A stretch of 60,561 nt of DNA, filler included, from Ionaspis alba (lineage: Eukaryota): the NCBI GenBank assembly GCA_964255285.1. It is 7 parts of 7 records of this genome, joined end to end, with 100 filler letters (N's around TTAATTAATTAA, not from the genome) between each part and the next. Parts side by side here need not be neighbours in the genome. Positions count along the whole stretch, not along the records: positions 1 to 8,588 come from CAXUUL010000729.1; positions 8,689 to 17,269 come from CAXUUL010000730.1; 5 more parts are not named here. One strand, given 5' to 3'. Every line of letters starts with the position of its first letter. Positions within the stretch are counted from its first letter, which is position 1. This document shows, in pieces, positions 1 to 12,400 of this stretch. The position numbers were made by a program, and so were the translations under genes. The notes under the pieces are model-generated. The model was given only the letters and a program-made list of their open reading frames with translations, ran no database searches and was not told where the DNA came from.

Positions 1-445
1 GAAGAGGAGAGAGGGGTGGGGTGGTGGGAATGTGGGATTAGAGGTAGAGGTGGGAAGGGAAAGTGTTCCAGTTGAGAGAATGTGAGAAGACGTGGGATGG
101 GTAAATGGGGGCGCATTGTGTTTAGATACCCTTCTCAGTCTTAGCAATGGTTGTGATTGGGATGAATGAACGGATGGTTGTTCAGGAAATGGTGATTGAG
201 GAGATGTCTTGAGCGAGCGATGGAGGTGATATAGATTGCGATTCAGCGACTTGACTCTAGCTCTGATCTCGAGCTCAGAGATAAGGCAACCAAAGCCCCA
301 AAAATCTCCCGACTCCAAGCAAAATAACGCAGAAGCCTACTTTAGCCATGTTTTACGAAAATCTAGCGACAAATATTAGTGCTGTACGGTTAGCCAAGAT
401 AGCAATATCATGTGAACGGTAAAGCCATTCCCGTTCTCCCGATCA

Positions 446-3445
446 TCACTCATAAGCCGTCCTTATCGAGTCTGACAAGTCCCCCGATATAGGACTCTTC
501 CCCTCCATCTGCGCACGTAACCTCTCTACATCTCTCGCATACGTCTTCGCACTACGGAAGCCACGATTCTCCTTCGCGGCATCTATGCGAAGGCCCTCTT
601 CCTCCCAGTCGAAAGAAGTCTGCCGACGTGTGGAGGGCGTCTGGGTGAGGAGACTTGTACTGACTGTATCGAAATATTCTTCGTCTTTGTCGGATTGTTG
701 AGTTATTATAATGCTCTCGCCGGTTTCCGGGGCCGGGAAGGGAGGATACTTACTCTTCTCTGGGCGTTTGGGAGTGGTGTTCCCCAGGTTCGTTTTGCTA
801 ATGAGCGGGCCGTCGTATCCAGCACTTTCCCTGCCGAGGGCTCGACCACTCTGGTCAGCTCCGCGTCGGCTCTGGCTCGGGAAGTCGTTGAGCTTCATAG
901 ATTTACGCCCGTTGACAGGAGTGAAGGGAGCATTGAGGACATGGCTGGGGTCTAGCCTCCGTGGTGTTTCGGGTACAGCATCCTGCTCTAGATCGAACAT
1001 TTGCCGTCGCTTTCTTCTGGGTGTCGGCATTTTTGTTTGCGAACAAGAGAGCAGTGGCAACCGAAGAAACCTTTTGCTAGGCGTTACGGGCATATCGTCG
1101 AGGTCCATCGCCAATTCGTCAGGGGAGTCGTTCGGGTCGGATTTATGCTCGAATAGTCTACTAATGGACTGGCCAGATATGAGTTTTTCGTGATATGGTG
1201 GGAGCCTTGTTGACAAGTCATCGACAAAGCTTTGCCAGGAAGCATTAGTTCCATCACCTGTCCATTCTGCGTCTCGTGAATGCGTGAGGGAACGAGCTGC
1301 GAGGACGGGGAGCCTCTCATTGTCCTTTGTTTCCCATGATGGCAGGTCAGCGATAGACAATTTTTCCACATTTGGGAGATCGCTCTGTAATTGAGGTACT
1401 CTACTTGACTCAATTTGTGGACTTGTCGCTTGTTGCCACTCTTCCATGACCTCTGCAATGGTGGGTAGTGGAGTTCGAGGTCGGACTGGCGATACAATCT
1501 GATTAACGTGCTTGTGGAACGGTTGGTAGTGAGGTTCAATCGCCTTTTGAGCTCTCTGCTTTGGCTTCTTCGGCAGCCGTAACTGTGAGATATGATTAGC
1601 TGTCTTCGATTAGAAGAAGGGAGAGGACTTCTTAAGACCTTGGTAGGATGGTCAATGGTACTTTTGGAGGGGATTGTTTCTATCATATCCGTTATAATCC
1701 TATGGGGTTGCCAGTACTTTGTGGCGTGGTCGTATGCAGCCTCGAATACTTCCTGACATTGTGTGAACCATCGATGCTCCAGTGCTTGTTGAGCGGTCAT
1801 CCTTGCCCGTTCGTCCAAGACCAAGAGCTTTCGCACGAAGTCTTTCTGATATCCCGTTATCCCTTGCCACTCTGGGCTGGTCTCCATCCTCGACAAATCA
1901 CACCTAGTCGCGGCTTCTATGGAGACTTCAGCAGTATTACGTCGATCATCCGAAGCTTGGCGGTCAAGAAAATATGAGGTACCGTTGAAGAGGTATATTG
2001 CCGTACAGCCAAGTGACCACATATCGACAGCCTTTGTATAACCCTTGTCTGTGACAAATAAATTCTTGCCCCTTACTTCTCTGCCAGCTTCTTGTCAGAC
2101 AAGGCCATGCAACGATAGTTTTCAGAGACTCACGGAGCAACGTATTCCAGCGTCCCTATCTCGGTCTGCATTCTCCTCGCCTTGTTCTCCCCCGGACGGT
2201 ATTTGAAAGCACTTCCAAAATCAGTGATGACGATTCGTGCAGCGTCAGCTAGAGCTGCGACGAGGATGTTCTCAGGCTTGATATCACGATGCACAATATC
2301 TAGATCGTGTAAGTGTTTGAGGCCTTGGACCACCTGGCGAATCAGTACAGCTGATTGAGCTTCTTCGAGGTGGCCTCCTTTATACTGAACATAGGAGAAG
2401 AGATCTCCGCCAGTGACTAACTCTTGAAAGATGTACCTAGATCTGGATCAGTCATGTACCATTGCCTTTCATGAAACCTCACAATGTGTTAGAACTCTGA
2501 TAAACCCTCTCTAGCCGGATAATATTGGGCTGTCCCAAAGATCAGCACGCAACGACGTATTGAAGAGCGCGTCATACGTGACATAGGCCCTTCATGATCT
2601 CCACTTCACGGCTTATCTTCACCGTGTGTTGCTCAACACTTCGTTGCTTAGCATCCTTGAATGTTACATCCATTGCCCTCTCAGTAGACGGTCCGTCGCA
2701 TCTCTTGTCTCGAACCATCTTGAACTTGGTCGACTTCCTATCCTCTTCTCGCCTGATACTACGAAGATCTATGACCTTGCACGCTACTTGACGTCCTGTG
2801 CTACACGTGATAGCCATATAGACACTTCCATGACCGCCAGCACCAAGCTTACGCTTTGTGACACGATATTTGTCAGCAAAGTACTACACTTCGTAAGTCA
2901 TTTGTTGAATCTATGGGATCATGAGCTGGACGTACCTCTAGCTCGTTCTGCTGAAGCTCGCCAAGGCCGGCGTCATCGTAGTTTATCAGTGCATGAAACG
3001 TGATGGTAATTCTAGGACTAAGCCTGATTCGGTCGCCATCACTAAGGAGGACTCCACTATTTCCTTTGCCGATAAGAGAGTCGTTCCAGTAGGAGCCATT
3101 CGTAGACAGATCTTCGGCGTATACTAGAGGTTTGATATCGTTGAAGTCGCTTTGATCATAGGTGATCGAATAGATCTTGAGATGATAGCAAGATACCGTG
3201 GGATCGTCGAAGGTCACATCACTGGGGTACGTCAGAGAAGGCTTGCGGTAGTTGCAGATTACTTACGTGTAGCCATTGCCTCGTCCTAGAAGTATCTCTT
3301 TGCTCAAGTGGATGAACCTTTCGCCTACTCCAACTTCAGTGGCGGTATTTGATATTCCAGGAGAAGATGATCCTCGCTTACAGGTTGGCTTGCCTTGTTC
3401 ATGGATCTCGAGGCGTCCAATTGGCTTGGAGCCATTGACATCCAT
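446..3445 (-). CDS. MEK1: Meiosis-specific FHA-domain Ser/Thr kinase (Mek1/Chk2-like), about 8 exons, with a long disordered C-terminal tail
   Basis: FHA exon 3221-2936 (VSCYHLKIYSI...YAEDLSTNGSYWN). Kinase motifs across spliced exons: LGAGGHGSV, VACK, ELVTGGDLF, HRDIKPEN, DFG, GTLEYVAPE, DMWSLG. An intron ending CTAAT...CAG near 1585 joins the kinase to ORF 446-1447. The start ATG at 3445 is tentative. Confidence 0.8.
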
Positions 3446-4886
3446 AGTCCCGTCGAATCGCTGATTAGCCTGAGCAACAACTTCAGCAAGCACCCCCAAG
3501 AGTTTGGTAACTCGACAAATGACCACTCCACAGAATTTTTCTTGATGTCCATTTGTTCTGTTGACTTTGTGCTTTGATTGCAATCTGGTAACCATATGAG
3601 AGTTAAGCGAGCCCTTAGTGCTTAACTTCGCTGACTAATCCGCCCACACAAGAACTTCCCCGCTTGAGCTCCAAAGCTTCCTCTCGCAACACCAGCATCA
3701 ACCTCATCTCAATAACGCGTACGTGACCTTTTGAGCATCCAGTTCGTTCTTTAAATTATCGCGACTCTGGTCGAGAACGTTGCCTGCCATTGAATCATGG
3801 GCTAACATAAGCATTGGGTAGTCTACCTAGTTATCGACGATGAGAGCTAAGTGGAGGAAGAAGCGTGTTCGAAGACTCAAACGTAAGAGGAGAAAGACGA
3901 GAGCCCGCAGGTATGTCATTAGACTACCCCGAGTACATCATCGTGATGGATTGACCGTAAACTATATATCACACGTGCTCACTAGTTTCTCTCCTTACAG
4001 CAAGTAAACGTTTCGTACACCCGACCTCCGTCTCATCCTTCCTCTCGAACTCATTCCCGACAATTCTAACCATATGTCGCTACAATCGATATCTGCCACC
4101 CTTCTCGTCATCCATTCGCCAGGGTCGAGAAACAAGCTCACCATGGTAGGATTGCGCACATGGGACGAGGCAAAAGGGAGGACGAAGCGGGTCAACACCT
4201 CATCGAGTGTATGTCGAGCGTTCTTGTAAACATGGGTGGGAGATTGGAAGGTCATCACAGACTTGCCGTTCATCAGTTCCCAGCTTCGAAGCATAGCTTA
4301 GGATAGCGAGCAATCACATCCCTCAGCTTCCTACGAGACCTTGTTACACGTCCACTGTGATTCACGAGTTCAGAATGCCAATAGACTGGACATTTCATGT
4401 CCATGTAATAGCCAACTCTGCAGACGATGATTTCATGTCTATTCAACGCTTTATATCAATCCGTACAGGTTTATGACTAGCTTAATCTGTTTAGCAATCC
4501 AGATCTTATTGTCCAGCTAAGTATTGGGAATTGATGGTTTTTGAGCATGTATAAGTCAGCCCTAACCCTGAGCCACCAAGGGGGTTAATATCTCATGTGG
4601 GCCAGTAAAAGAGAGGTCGCCAATGACGCACGCCTCATAGAGCCCAGAAACTAAGGTAACCTTAGATCGACAGTCAAAATATCCATAATCTCCGCCTTCC
4701 GTTCACGCACTTCACCATGTCTCTGCACGGTTCCAAGTCGGGCCCCCAACGAGTATGACCATGAAGGAACCAGTTAGCCGAAGGATCTCCCTGCAAGCAC
4801 TTCATGATGATTTAAACGACGTCAACACGTGAAAAGAACCCGGCAACGGTTGAGATCTCGGTTCGATCGTTTGTGTCCAATCACTC

Positions 4887-6668
4887 TTACAGCCAAGGAT
4901 AATCCGCTGGGGTGACCTCCACACAAGTAAGATATGGAATGCCAGCTGCTTCCGGATCGATCATCAACTTATTTTCAGTAAGCGCGGCAACATGATCCTT
5001 CGCATAATTCTTCATAGTTGCGAGATCGTCATCAAAACTATCCCATGTACCCATACCATGTCCCCAGATCTCAGAGATCAGTGTACGCCACGAATCTTTG
5101 GGTAGATACGCATCACCGCCTGATCGCATCAGACGATAGTGCGTGCCATGGTGCTCTTCATTCGCCACTCTCTGAGCGAACATCTGTCTTAACAGCCAGT
5201 CTCGCCAAAATTGCACGACCATCCAGGACTCTGGGGATGTGGCGAAATTGACGGGATCATCCTCGGAGTCACTGAGACTGTTGATGAACAGAGCTGTATC
5301 GACTTCAGTACGGTGTGTCGCAAGCTCTTCAGCTTTCGAGGTAATGAGAGCTTTGAGCTTTGGTGCCTCCGTCGGTGTTGGCCAAGGTGAGGATGGCCAA
5401 GCTCCAGGGCAATGGACCAGAGACTCCGAGAAGATCAGGGGAGATTCGAGATCGATCGACAGAGTGAGCCATCGAGGCGGATCCTTTGCAATGGTCGTGA
5501 ATAATGTATGACGATAATTCGTCAAAATGCTGCTCAAGTAAGGCTGGACGATGCGAAGGCTACCGTAGTGTTTTGCAAGAACTACCAGTCTCTCGCACTC
5601 ACTGAGAGCTTGGTCGATATCGTTTGAGCAGATCCCAGGTAGGTGACTGTAATACATTCCTAGGAGGTCTTTATGAGCTTTGACGTAGTCTTGGCGCAAT
5701 TTGTGCTGAAGACGATTAGGATGATCGCTTGGATCTTGGTCTGTGATGGCAGAGACCGTCATGCTCTCCACTCTCCTTCCAGCAATTGGGCTCTTAGAAT
5801 CGACCGTTGGTTCTGTTTTTACTTCCTCCATCTCCTCTACAGCTTCGGTCCCATCTGCTTTCGTGATACCGCATTCGCCTGTTTTGGCTTCTTCTTCAGC
5901 ACCGTTCGTATCCGATCTGGCCTGCACTTTGGCTCTCCTGAGACTGAAGTCTGGTTCGCCTCTTTCCTGGAAGTTTTTATTCTTGTGCGTGAAATTTACA
6001 CCTTTCGCAGTGCAATCTGCCATTTGTGAGGTCGGAGATAATTGGGAAATAGTGTCTGTGGGATCGATCACAGCGCCAGTGGCTCGTTGGGTGGTCAGTT
6101 CGGAGGCTTTGGTCTGAGCAGTGGATCCTTGTCCCTCGTAGACCTTTGTGTGTTGATTCGCCCCTCTATCCGAACATATCGCAATCTTCACCAAGAATTA
6201 GTATGAAGACATGGGCAATATCTTATGGGAGGAAAGGTAAACAGCACATACCGGTTGCAGTAGATATGGTGCGCCTTTCCTAGCAGTCTCCTCGAGATGG
6301 AAACAGTATTTGGATGCAACTGTCGACTTACCCAAGGTTACTGCTTGTTTGTCCCGCATTATCATTTGATTGGCAAACCAGGATGAGTTACGCTCTAGCA
6401 TAGCTCTGTGAAGCTGACACACAATCATAGGATCCTTTGAAAGACTGATGATGACCGTTCCTTTTGGGTACCAGAGGAATGCGTCTGCCGGAGGAACTGA
6501 CGGTTCTGGAGTCCGCCCTGTGATCGTAGCGGTGGTCGATTGTGAGGCTTCCTTTGATGGTCCTAGAGAGGGTTCCTTATGTGGGCGAGCTCGCTTGTTC
6601 GCCGGCGAGGTAGCTTTGTTTGCGGGAGGATCTGCAGCACGCTTTATGGCCTGCTTCGTGCGAGCCAT
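4887..6668 (-). CDS. Fungal BTB-like hypothetical protein, 2 exons (6668-6252, 6185-4887)
   Basis: GCAATGG start context. A GTATGT...CTAAT...AAG intron joins ORFs 6198-6716 and 4887-6194 in frame. The segment GTVIISLS..QLHRAMLERNSSWF and the helical region LAKHYGSL..IAKDPPRWLTLSIDLESPLIFSESLVH resemble fungal BTB-like families. Confidence 0.7.
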
Positions 6669-7155
6669 TGCTAAATGCCAGTCGGAGAGAGGACACAAAA
6701 CTAGTATAAATAGCACAGACCAAAAACAGTAATGGCTGAGAGTTGACGCGAAGGTTTCTGTAGTAGTTAGATCTGAAGTTGTGTCGCCTTCGATCCTGAA
6801 GCTATGGAAGAGTTAGGGATGATAGAATTGGGTGGTGGCAGACGGTTAAGTCAGGGAAGCCAAGTGTCCTGGTCTTGCTATGAGACAAGTAATGGCGCGA
6901 AATAGTTGTCGGTTTGCGTTCAATAACGGAACCAGCGGAGCTCATAGCCCCATGGCGGCCCTAAGTCAAGCCTTGGAGGCCAATTTAGGGATGAGCAACC
7001 GTATGGAGCAGATGATCAGGTTTCTTGACGTAGGAAAGAGGGACCTCGGACCTCTAAGTGGTTGATAGCAGTAGGAGTGAACAATCCAATAAGGCTGACC
7101 AAAGGTCCGTTCGATGTTCCTGGGAAATGAGGCAGGAAGATGTATCACAATGATC

Positions 7156-8586
7156 TCAAAATCTGGAATGTAGTGAGAATAGCGGACATAAGCTATACAT
7201 CGTGAGCAAAGGCTCACCTGATCTCGTAGCTCCCAGCCCTTGTCATGTAACGGACCCACTTGACGCTGCTGTAATTGTTCTTCTCAAAGACCTTGAGATA
7301 GCGGACCAGAAGACCAGAGCTAGTGAACATGAGAAGAGAGAAGCTCAGACTTAAAGGTGGTCGACTCCATGCTTTCTGGTTTGTCATGGAAGTCAAAGAT
7401 GCCTCTGCGGAAAGAACGTATTCACTCTGTCCAGTGAATCGAGGGATCTTCCAGACAATATTGTTGTGCTCAGGTTCGTACTTTGCCTTGCCTTGTGAAG
7501 TCCTCTCAGTGATCTTTGCTGTGTTCAAAGGTGTAGGAACTCGAATTATGACGTTCGTGGCAAACAACTTGCTTCCATAATTGGCTTTGATAGCGATACT
7601 GTATTCGACCTTCGTTTTTCCGAGCTCGTTGACGATAGCGTGGACTTTGAATGGCAGATTCACATTCTCAGTAGCTCGATATCTCATCAACTCAAACTCG
7701 CCGTCTGGTGGGATGAATGATATGATGCGGTCTGCATCGAACTTGCCGAGCTTGACACATTGATGAAACTGGCAGTCTTCCAGGGTGACACTTCCTGCTG
7801 CGGCCTTTGTGGCTTTGGTACCTGCAGTATTGCCCGTAGGTCCGGAAAGCCCGTCCACATCCAAGAGTAATCGGTCATTGAGGCCAAACTTACACTCCGG
7901 AGTCCCGGAGAGGTATGCGCGCATAACAATCTGACCGTTGACATCCGCACGCAGTACAGTCCCAGTAGCTGACATCAGGAGGTTCACGTCTTCAATTACG
8001 TCCACAAATGCCTCATTCTTCCTATACCTGATGTCCGATCTCCTCCATGAAAGAGCACCCGTGGCTTGCATTGTAATCCTCGAAGAGTCCTCCATCGTAC
8101 GTTCCGACTTGACTCCTTCGGTTGTGATATACATCTTGAGGGTGTCGGTCTCCGTGTTTTGGGGATACCCAAAGTCCAAGATTTCTAGATAGAGCCATAC
8201 GTAAGCAACGATATTTGTCAAGAGGAGACATTTTAGAAGGTATCTGCACCGTCTAACAGCTCATACACAAGAACAAAATTGTTCTTGACGGCTTCCTCAT
8301 CGAATTTTCCAAAGTATCCCTTCCCCAGCCCAATCAATCGATAAAGAAACTCGAACACCAAGGCAGCATTGGCATTGCTCTTGGTCACAGCCACAAGGTA
8401 GATGTTCTCATGCTTGACATGGCTAAAGGTTGTGGATCCTAGGGTAAGGATTGGAGAGCGGACCTGGGCATTCGATATCACTTGAATTCGGAAGACATCC
8501 GCGAGTCTGGGTCTGCAGTCATTGCGAAAAGCACGGAAGATCAGGTTCTCCCCCTTCTGATTGAAGATCAAGATTCCGGAAAGCAT
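7156..8586 (-). CDS. APM4: AP-2 adaptor complex mu subunit, 3 exons
   Basis: MLSGILIFNQKGENLIFRAFR start; [20 protein letters not shown] joined across intron 1; SWRRSDIRYRKNEAFVD; KWVRYMTRAGSYEIRF stop with a micro last exon at 7162-7156. Confidence 0.97.
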
Positions 8587-8588
8587 GA

Positions 8589-8688
8589 NNNNNNNNNNNN
8601 NNNNNNNNNNNNNNNNNNNNNNNNNNNNNNNNTTAATTAATTAANNNNNNNNNNNNNNNNNNNNNNNNNNNNNNNNNNNNNNNNNNNN
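8589..8688. other. Artificial contig spacer 1 (N44-TTAATTAATTAA-N44)
   Basis: 100 bp with a six-frame stop core; six identical copies in the window. Confidence 0.98.
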
Positions 8689-9460
8689 ATTCTGGAGGCC
8701 AGTCTGGGTAAATCGATGCTGCCATTATGCACGACCGAAAGAGTGAAACATTAGCATTCCAATGCAAATATAGTTATTTTCATTACACAAACCAACCGAG
8801 TTCCAGGTCAACTGTTCTACTCAACACACCTCCAGTGTTGATTCGTCAATCATGTTGGGACCGCAACCCGTGTTTCAGCGAGGCGGTAAAGGCGGGCAGG
8901 TTCCCCGGCCGGCAGAATCCGGAGCAGCTTGCCTCGTGTATATTCATTTCTTAGCGCGACTGCGCCGCGTTTATAATCAGACCACCGTCACCAATGTCGT
9001 CAATCTCAGATTCTACACTCAGACTTCTCTCACGTACACCACTTTGATGAATGGCTCTCACTGTGTTACCATGCTGAGAGGACCATGATGTGATGGCGCT
9101 GCCTGTACACCTTTGACGCCTCGAGCAGATAGATTACTCACTTTTTCGTATGAAACTCACTCGCGGATAGCACGCGCTCTTCTCCTCTCATATCAACACA
9201 CTCACTCATGGTATCACTTTGCCTTGAATACAGGACGCTGTTGTAGCGATCCCTGATTTGTCATCTAATCATTCACTGCTCGAAAGAACGTTCTTGTCCT
9301 TATCTGCAAATCGGCTTCAACACTTCTATCACTCGCCTACCTCGAGTCTTCATCCATAATTCAATTAGCTCAGTGATCTATTTCATGCTTTCGCTGATGA
9401 CAACCACCCCGTCATTGCCCCCAGTGACAGATCAGCTCCAGGTCGTGCTTCACATCGGTC

Positions 9461-12400
9461 ATGGAATCACCCATGTCAATTCCTCGACATAAATCGCCGA
9501 CAAGTCAAGATCCTTACGAGTGGAGTGTCGAGGATGTCATTGACAGCTTATGCTCACCACATGGACTACTAAGCCTTACTCACCCCAACTGTCGTGCTGC
9601 ACCAGACTTCGCCAATGTGCTCCGAGACAATGATATTACAGGCGCCATGCTTCTTACTGAAGTTGATCGAGACCTGCTTCGTTCGGATTTTGGTGTGAAG
9701 TCGGCCGGCAAACGTGGTGCTGTCATAGATATCATCAATCACTTAAGAAGCATATCCCAGAAGTACATCGACGTTTGCCAAAGAAATGCCGCTGTCTCAT
9801 TCGCAGCGGGACATGGAGGGCAGTCTAACTTTGATCATGCCTCTGCTTATGGGGTTTCAACCAATTCTCATGCACTGCCTGCTTTTCCCAGAGCCGTACC
9901 CTCGATTGCTGGTTATCTCCAGGAGTCGAGCGACTCGCCTTTTGACCGTACAGTTCCATCTTCGGAAGAAGCAGAAGCGCTCAGTGTTCTTCAGGCTCAA
10001 ATCGGCTTCAAAAGACGCCATAGTACCCACCGTGAGATGCTCCCGCCGACTTCGCAATCAGGACGGCAACCCGAACCTCCAAAGCTGACACAAGTATTGG
10101 ATCAAACCTTTCGTGATGATCATTGCCATTCGATAGATGCGGTGGTACCAAGCCTCGAAGTTCCGACTCCAGATGGTCAAAATCCAGAAAGAGACGGAGA
10201 TGTTGAACCTGCCCTCTCTTATCAGAGAGCTGATCATCAAACTTCTTTGCGACCCGGAGAAACCTTCGTCGTGGATGAAACGGGCAGGAAGCGGCGACGA
10301 CTTCTTCTCTATCCTAACAATACGCAGAACCTTACTGCTACCTCACCAGGAATACCAGAAACTCACGAAACATCCAGATTTGCAGCACCATCCGAGGATA
10401 CGTTCGCGCCTAACGTTGGTGCTGAGCTCCGTAGCTCCGTGGCTACTCTTTCTTCTTCATATGATATCGAGAAGAAGCTGAGTAGTGATAAGGTTGCAAG
10501 TGATTCAGTTGAGGTCATAGAGTCTATTGCGCCCGGACAAGACATGGACAGGGAGCCTGGGAGGATGTTCTTCGATGCCAGAGGTCGCAAGAAGATGATA
10601 CCAATTCTAGCTTCTCCGCCAATGGTGTCCGAGAACTCCATTGACGGAGGTTCAATTCAACAAGGTCTAAAGCATACACAATCTAGCCACACAGGCGCGA
10701 CTCAGGCAAAATCGAAGCAGGAAAGAAGACTCGCCCGGCAGATGTATATGGGACTCAAGCCATTGCCGGTGGACAAGATCTTCTATGGTAACACTCTCAT
10801 GGGATGTGCAATAGAGCAAGAGGAACCGGACAGCATTATTGATCCAATGTGGGGAGTGAGACCAGAGGGATTCGTAATCTCTGCAGGCCATGCCATATCC
10901 ACTGGCCAGCGAATCTACGTGAACAGCCGCATGAAATACTACCTATCAAGTGAAACATTGTCTCTCCAAGATAAGCAAGGAAACAACGGTCTCGGCATAG
11001 TTCCATATCCTGTGAGGATTGTGAAGAGATATCAGCCACTTTCATTGACCTTGTTCTCTGGCTCGGGTTCTGAATTCGCCGCACTTCGCGTGAACAGATC
11101 TAAGTGGCTGGAACTTGACAACGAACGTCTTCCCATCGAACAGAATCCTGGAGTTGCAGTGTCCACAAATGACCCTCTACGAGCCTTCGAGGATGGTTCT
11201 CCGCCCAATCATCTAGGAGAGACTGAAAACGATGACTGGGATTTCCTCGACAAATGGAGATTTCAAGACGACCAGACGGAACTCCCACTGTATGGTGAAT
11301 CAGGTTCAGAGAATGAGCTTGATCTAGACACATGGCAGGAGATCGAGGCTGAGCAGAACGAGAAGCTCGAACGACCACTAGGCGTTTCCAAGAATAAGGA
11401 ACTATCTCCTGATGAGGTCGCAGCGGTTGTCGATGAAGCAATCTCAGACATGATAGAGGCTTGGCACGTCAAGAAGCTGCCGAATATGGAGCAGAAAGCC
11501 TGGCGGCTATGGGCGAAATCAAGACGTGACAAGAACAAAAATATCACTATCTCCTCTCTCGACGAGAGGATAGTCAAGCTTAATAGTCGGCTTGCGAAGT
11601 TGAGGACTGGGATCCTGGACGAGATTTGGACCAGTACTCAGCAGATAAAGAGGCAATGTATGTCTATGGAAGAGTCAGTTCATGACAGAGAGTGTATGAA
11701 ATGGAAGATTCGAGTCCTCGAGATGAGATCTGCTCCTGCTAGACCGACCACTACACAACAATCGAAGAAAATAAAGAAGATCCGCAGCCAGCCCGAATCT
11801 CTCGAAGATAGTGAAAATGTCATTGCTAGTAGCACTAGCAACGATGAGAGCTCTGACAGCGACATGAATGACTTTATCGATGACGCGAATCAGAAACTCG
11901 AAACGGCACTTGATTCAGGTCTCCCGGTGATTGACAACGAGGAACCAGCTGAAGATATGGATCTTATGACTACTACTTCCAATGCCGCCGACGAAGATAT
12001 GATCGAGAGGCGCACGTCACTTCCTGAAAAGGCGGACACAGAAGATGAGCCCAGTAGGCCAGCAATCCATGCTCCAGTCTCTAGTGAAAAAGACATATCC
12101 AAAGAGCCCTCGTCGTCCGATGACTTGATGTTTCCCGTTGCTGGGGCCGGCGATTCCCAGAGCGAGGTACCCTTCTCGGTCTCCTTGCTCAATGCTGGAG
12201 AAATGCCCGGGCAAGTGGACGATGGCCCAAAAAGTCCAGAAGTAGAGCCCTTGAGAAGGTCTAATGGATCACCAGAGGTCATCGACCTTACACAATATTC
12301 AAGCGCAGCAGAACATGAGACGCCCCCCAAAACGGCCCGGGACTACAGAGTCAAGACACCTCCCGTGGACGATGCCGATCCTTTCCGTCGTGCGAGAAGA

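Noticed and set aside
1..116. Minus-strand ATG at 116 in good context opening a Pro-rich frame
   Set aside because: Only 38 low-complexity codons before the edge; it cannot be distinguished from non-coding sequence.
3450..4300. Possible small multi-exon minus-strand gene or extra MEK1 5' exons (ATG|GTGAGC at 4144)
   Set aside because: Splice-like signals exist, but I could not build a consistent frame or recognise a product.
8633..8644. Regularly spaced TTAATTAATTAA as a biological repeat or CRISPR-like element
   Set aside because: It is always embedded in N44 flanks and is a standard six-frame stop linker.
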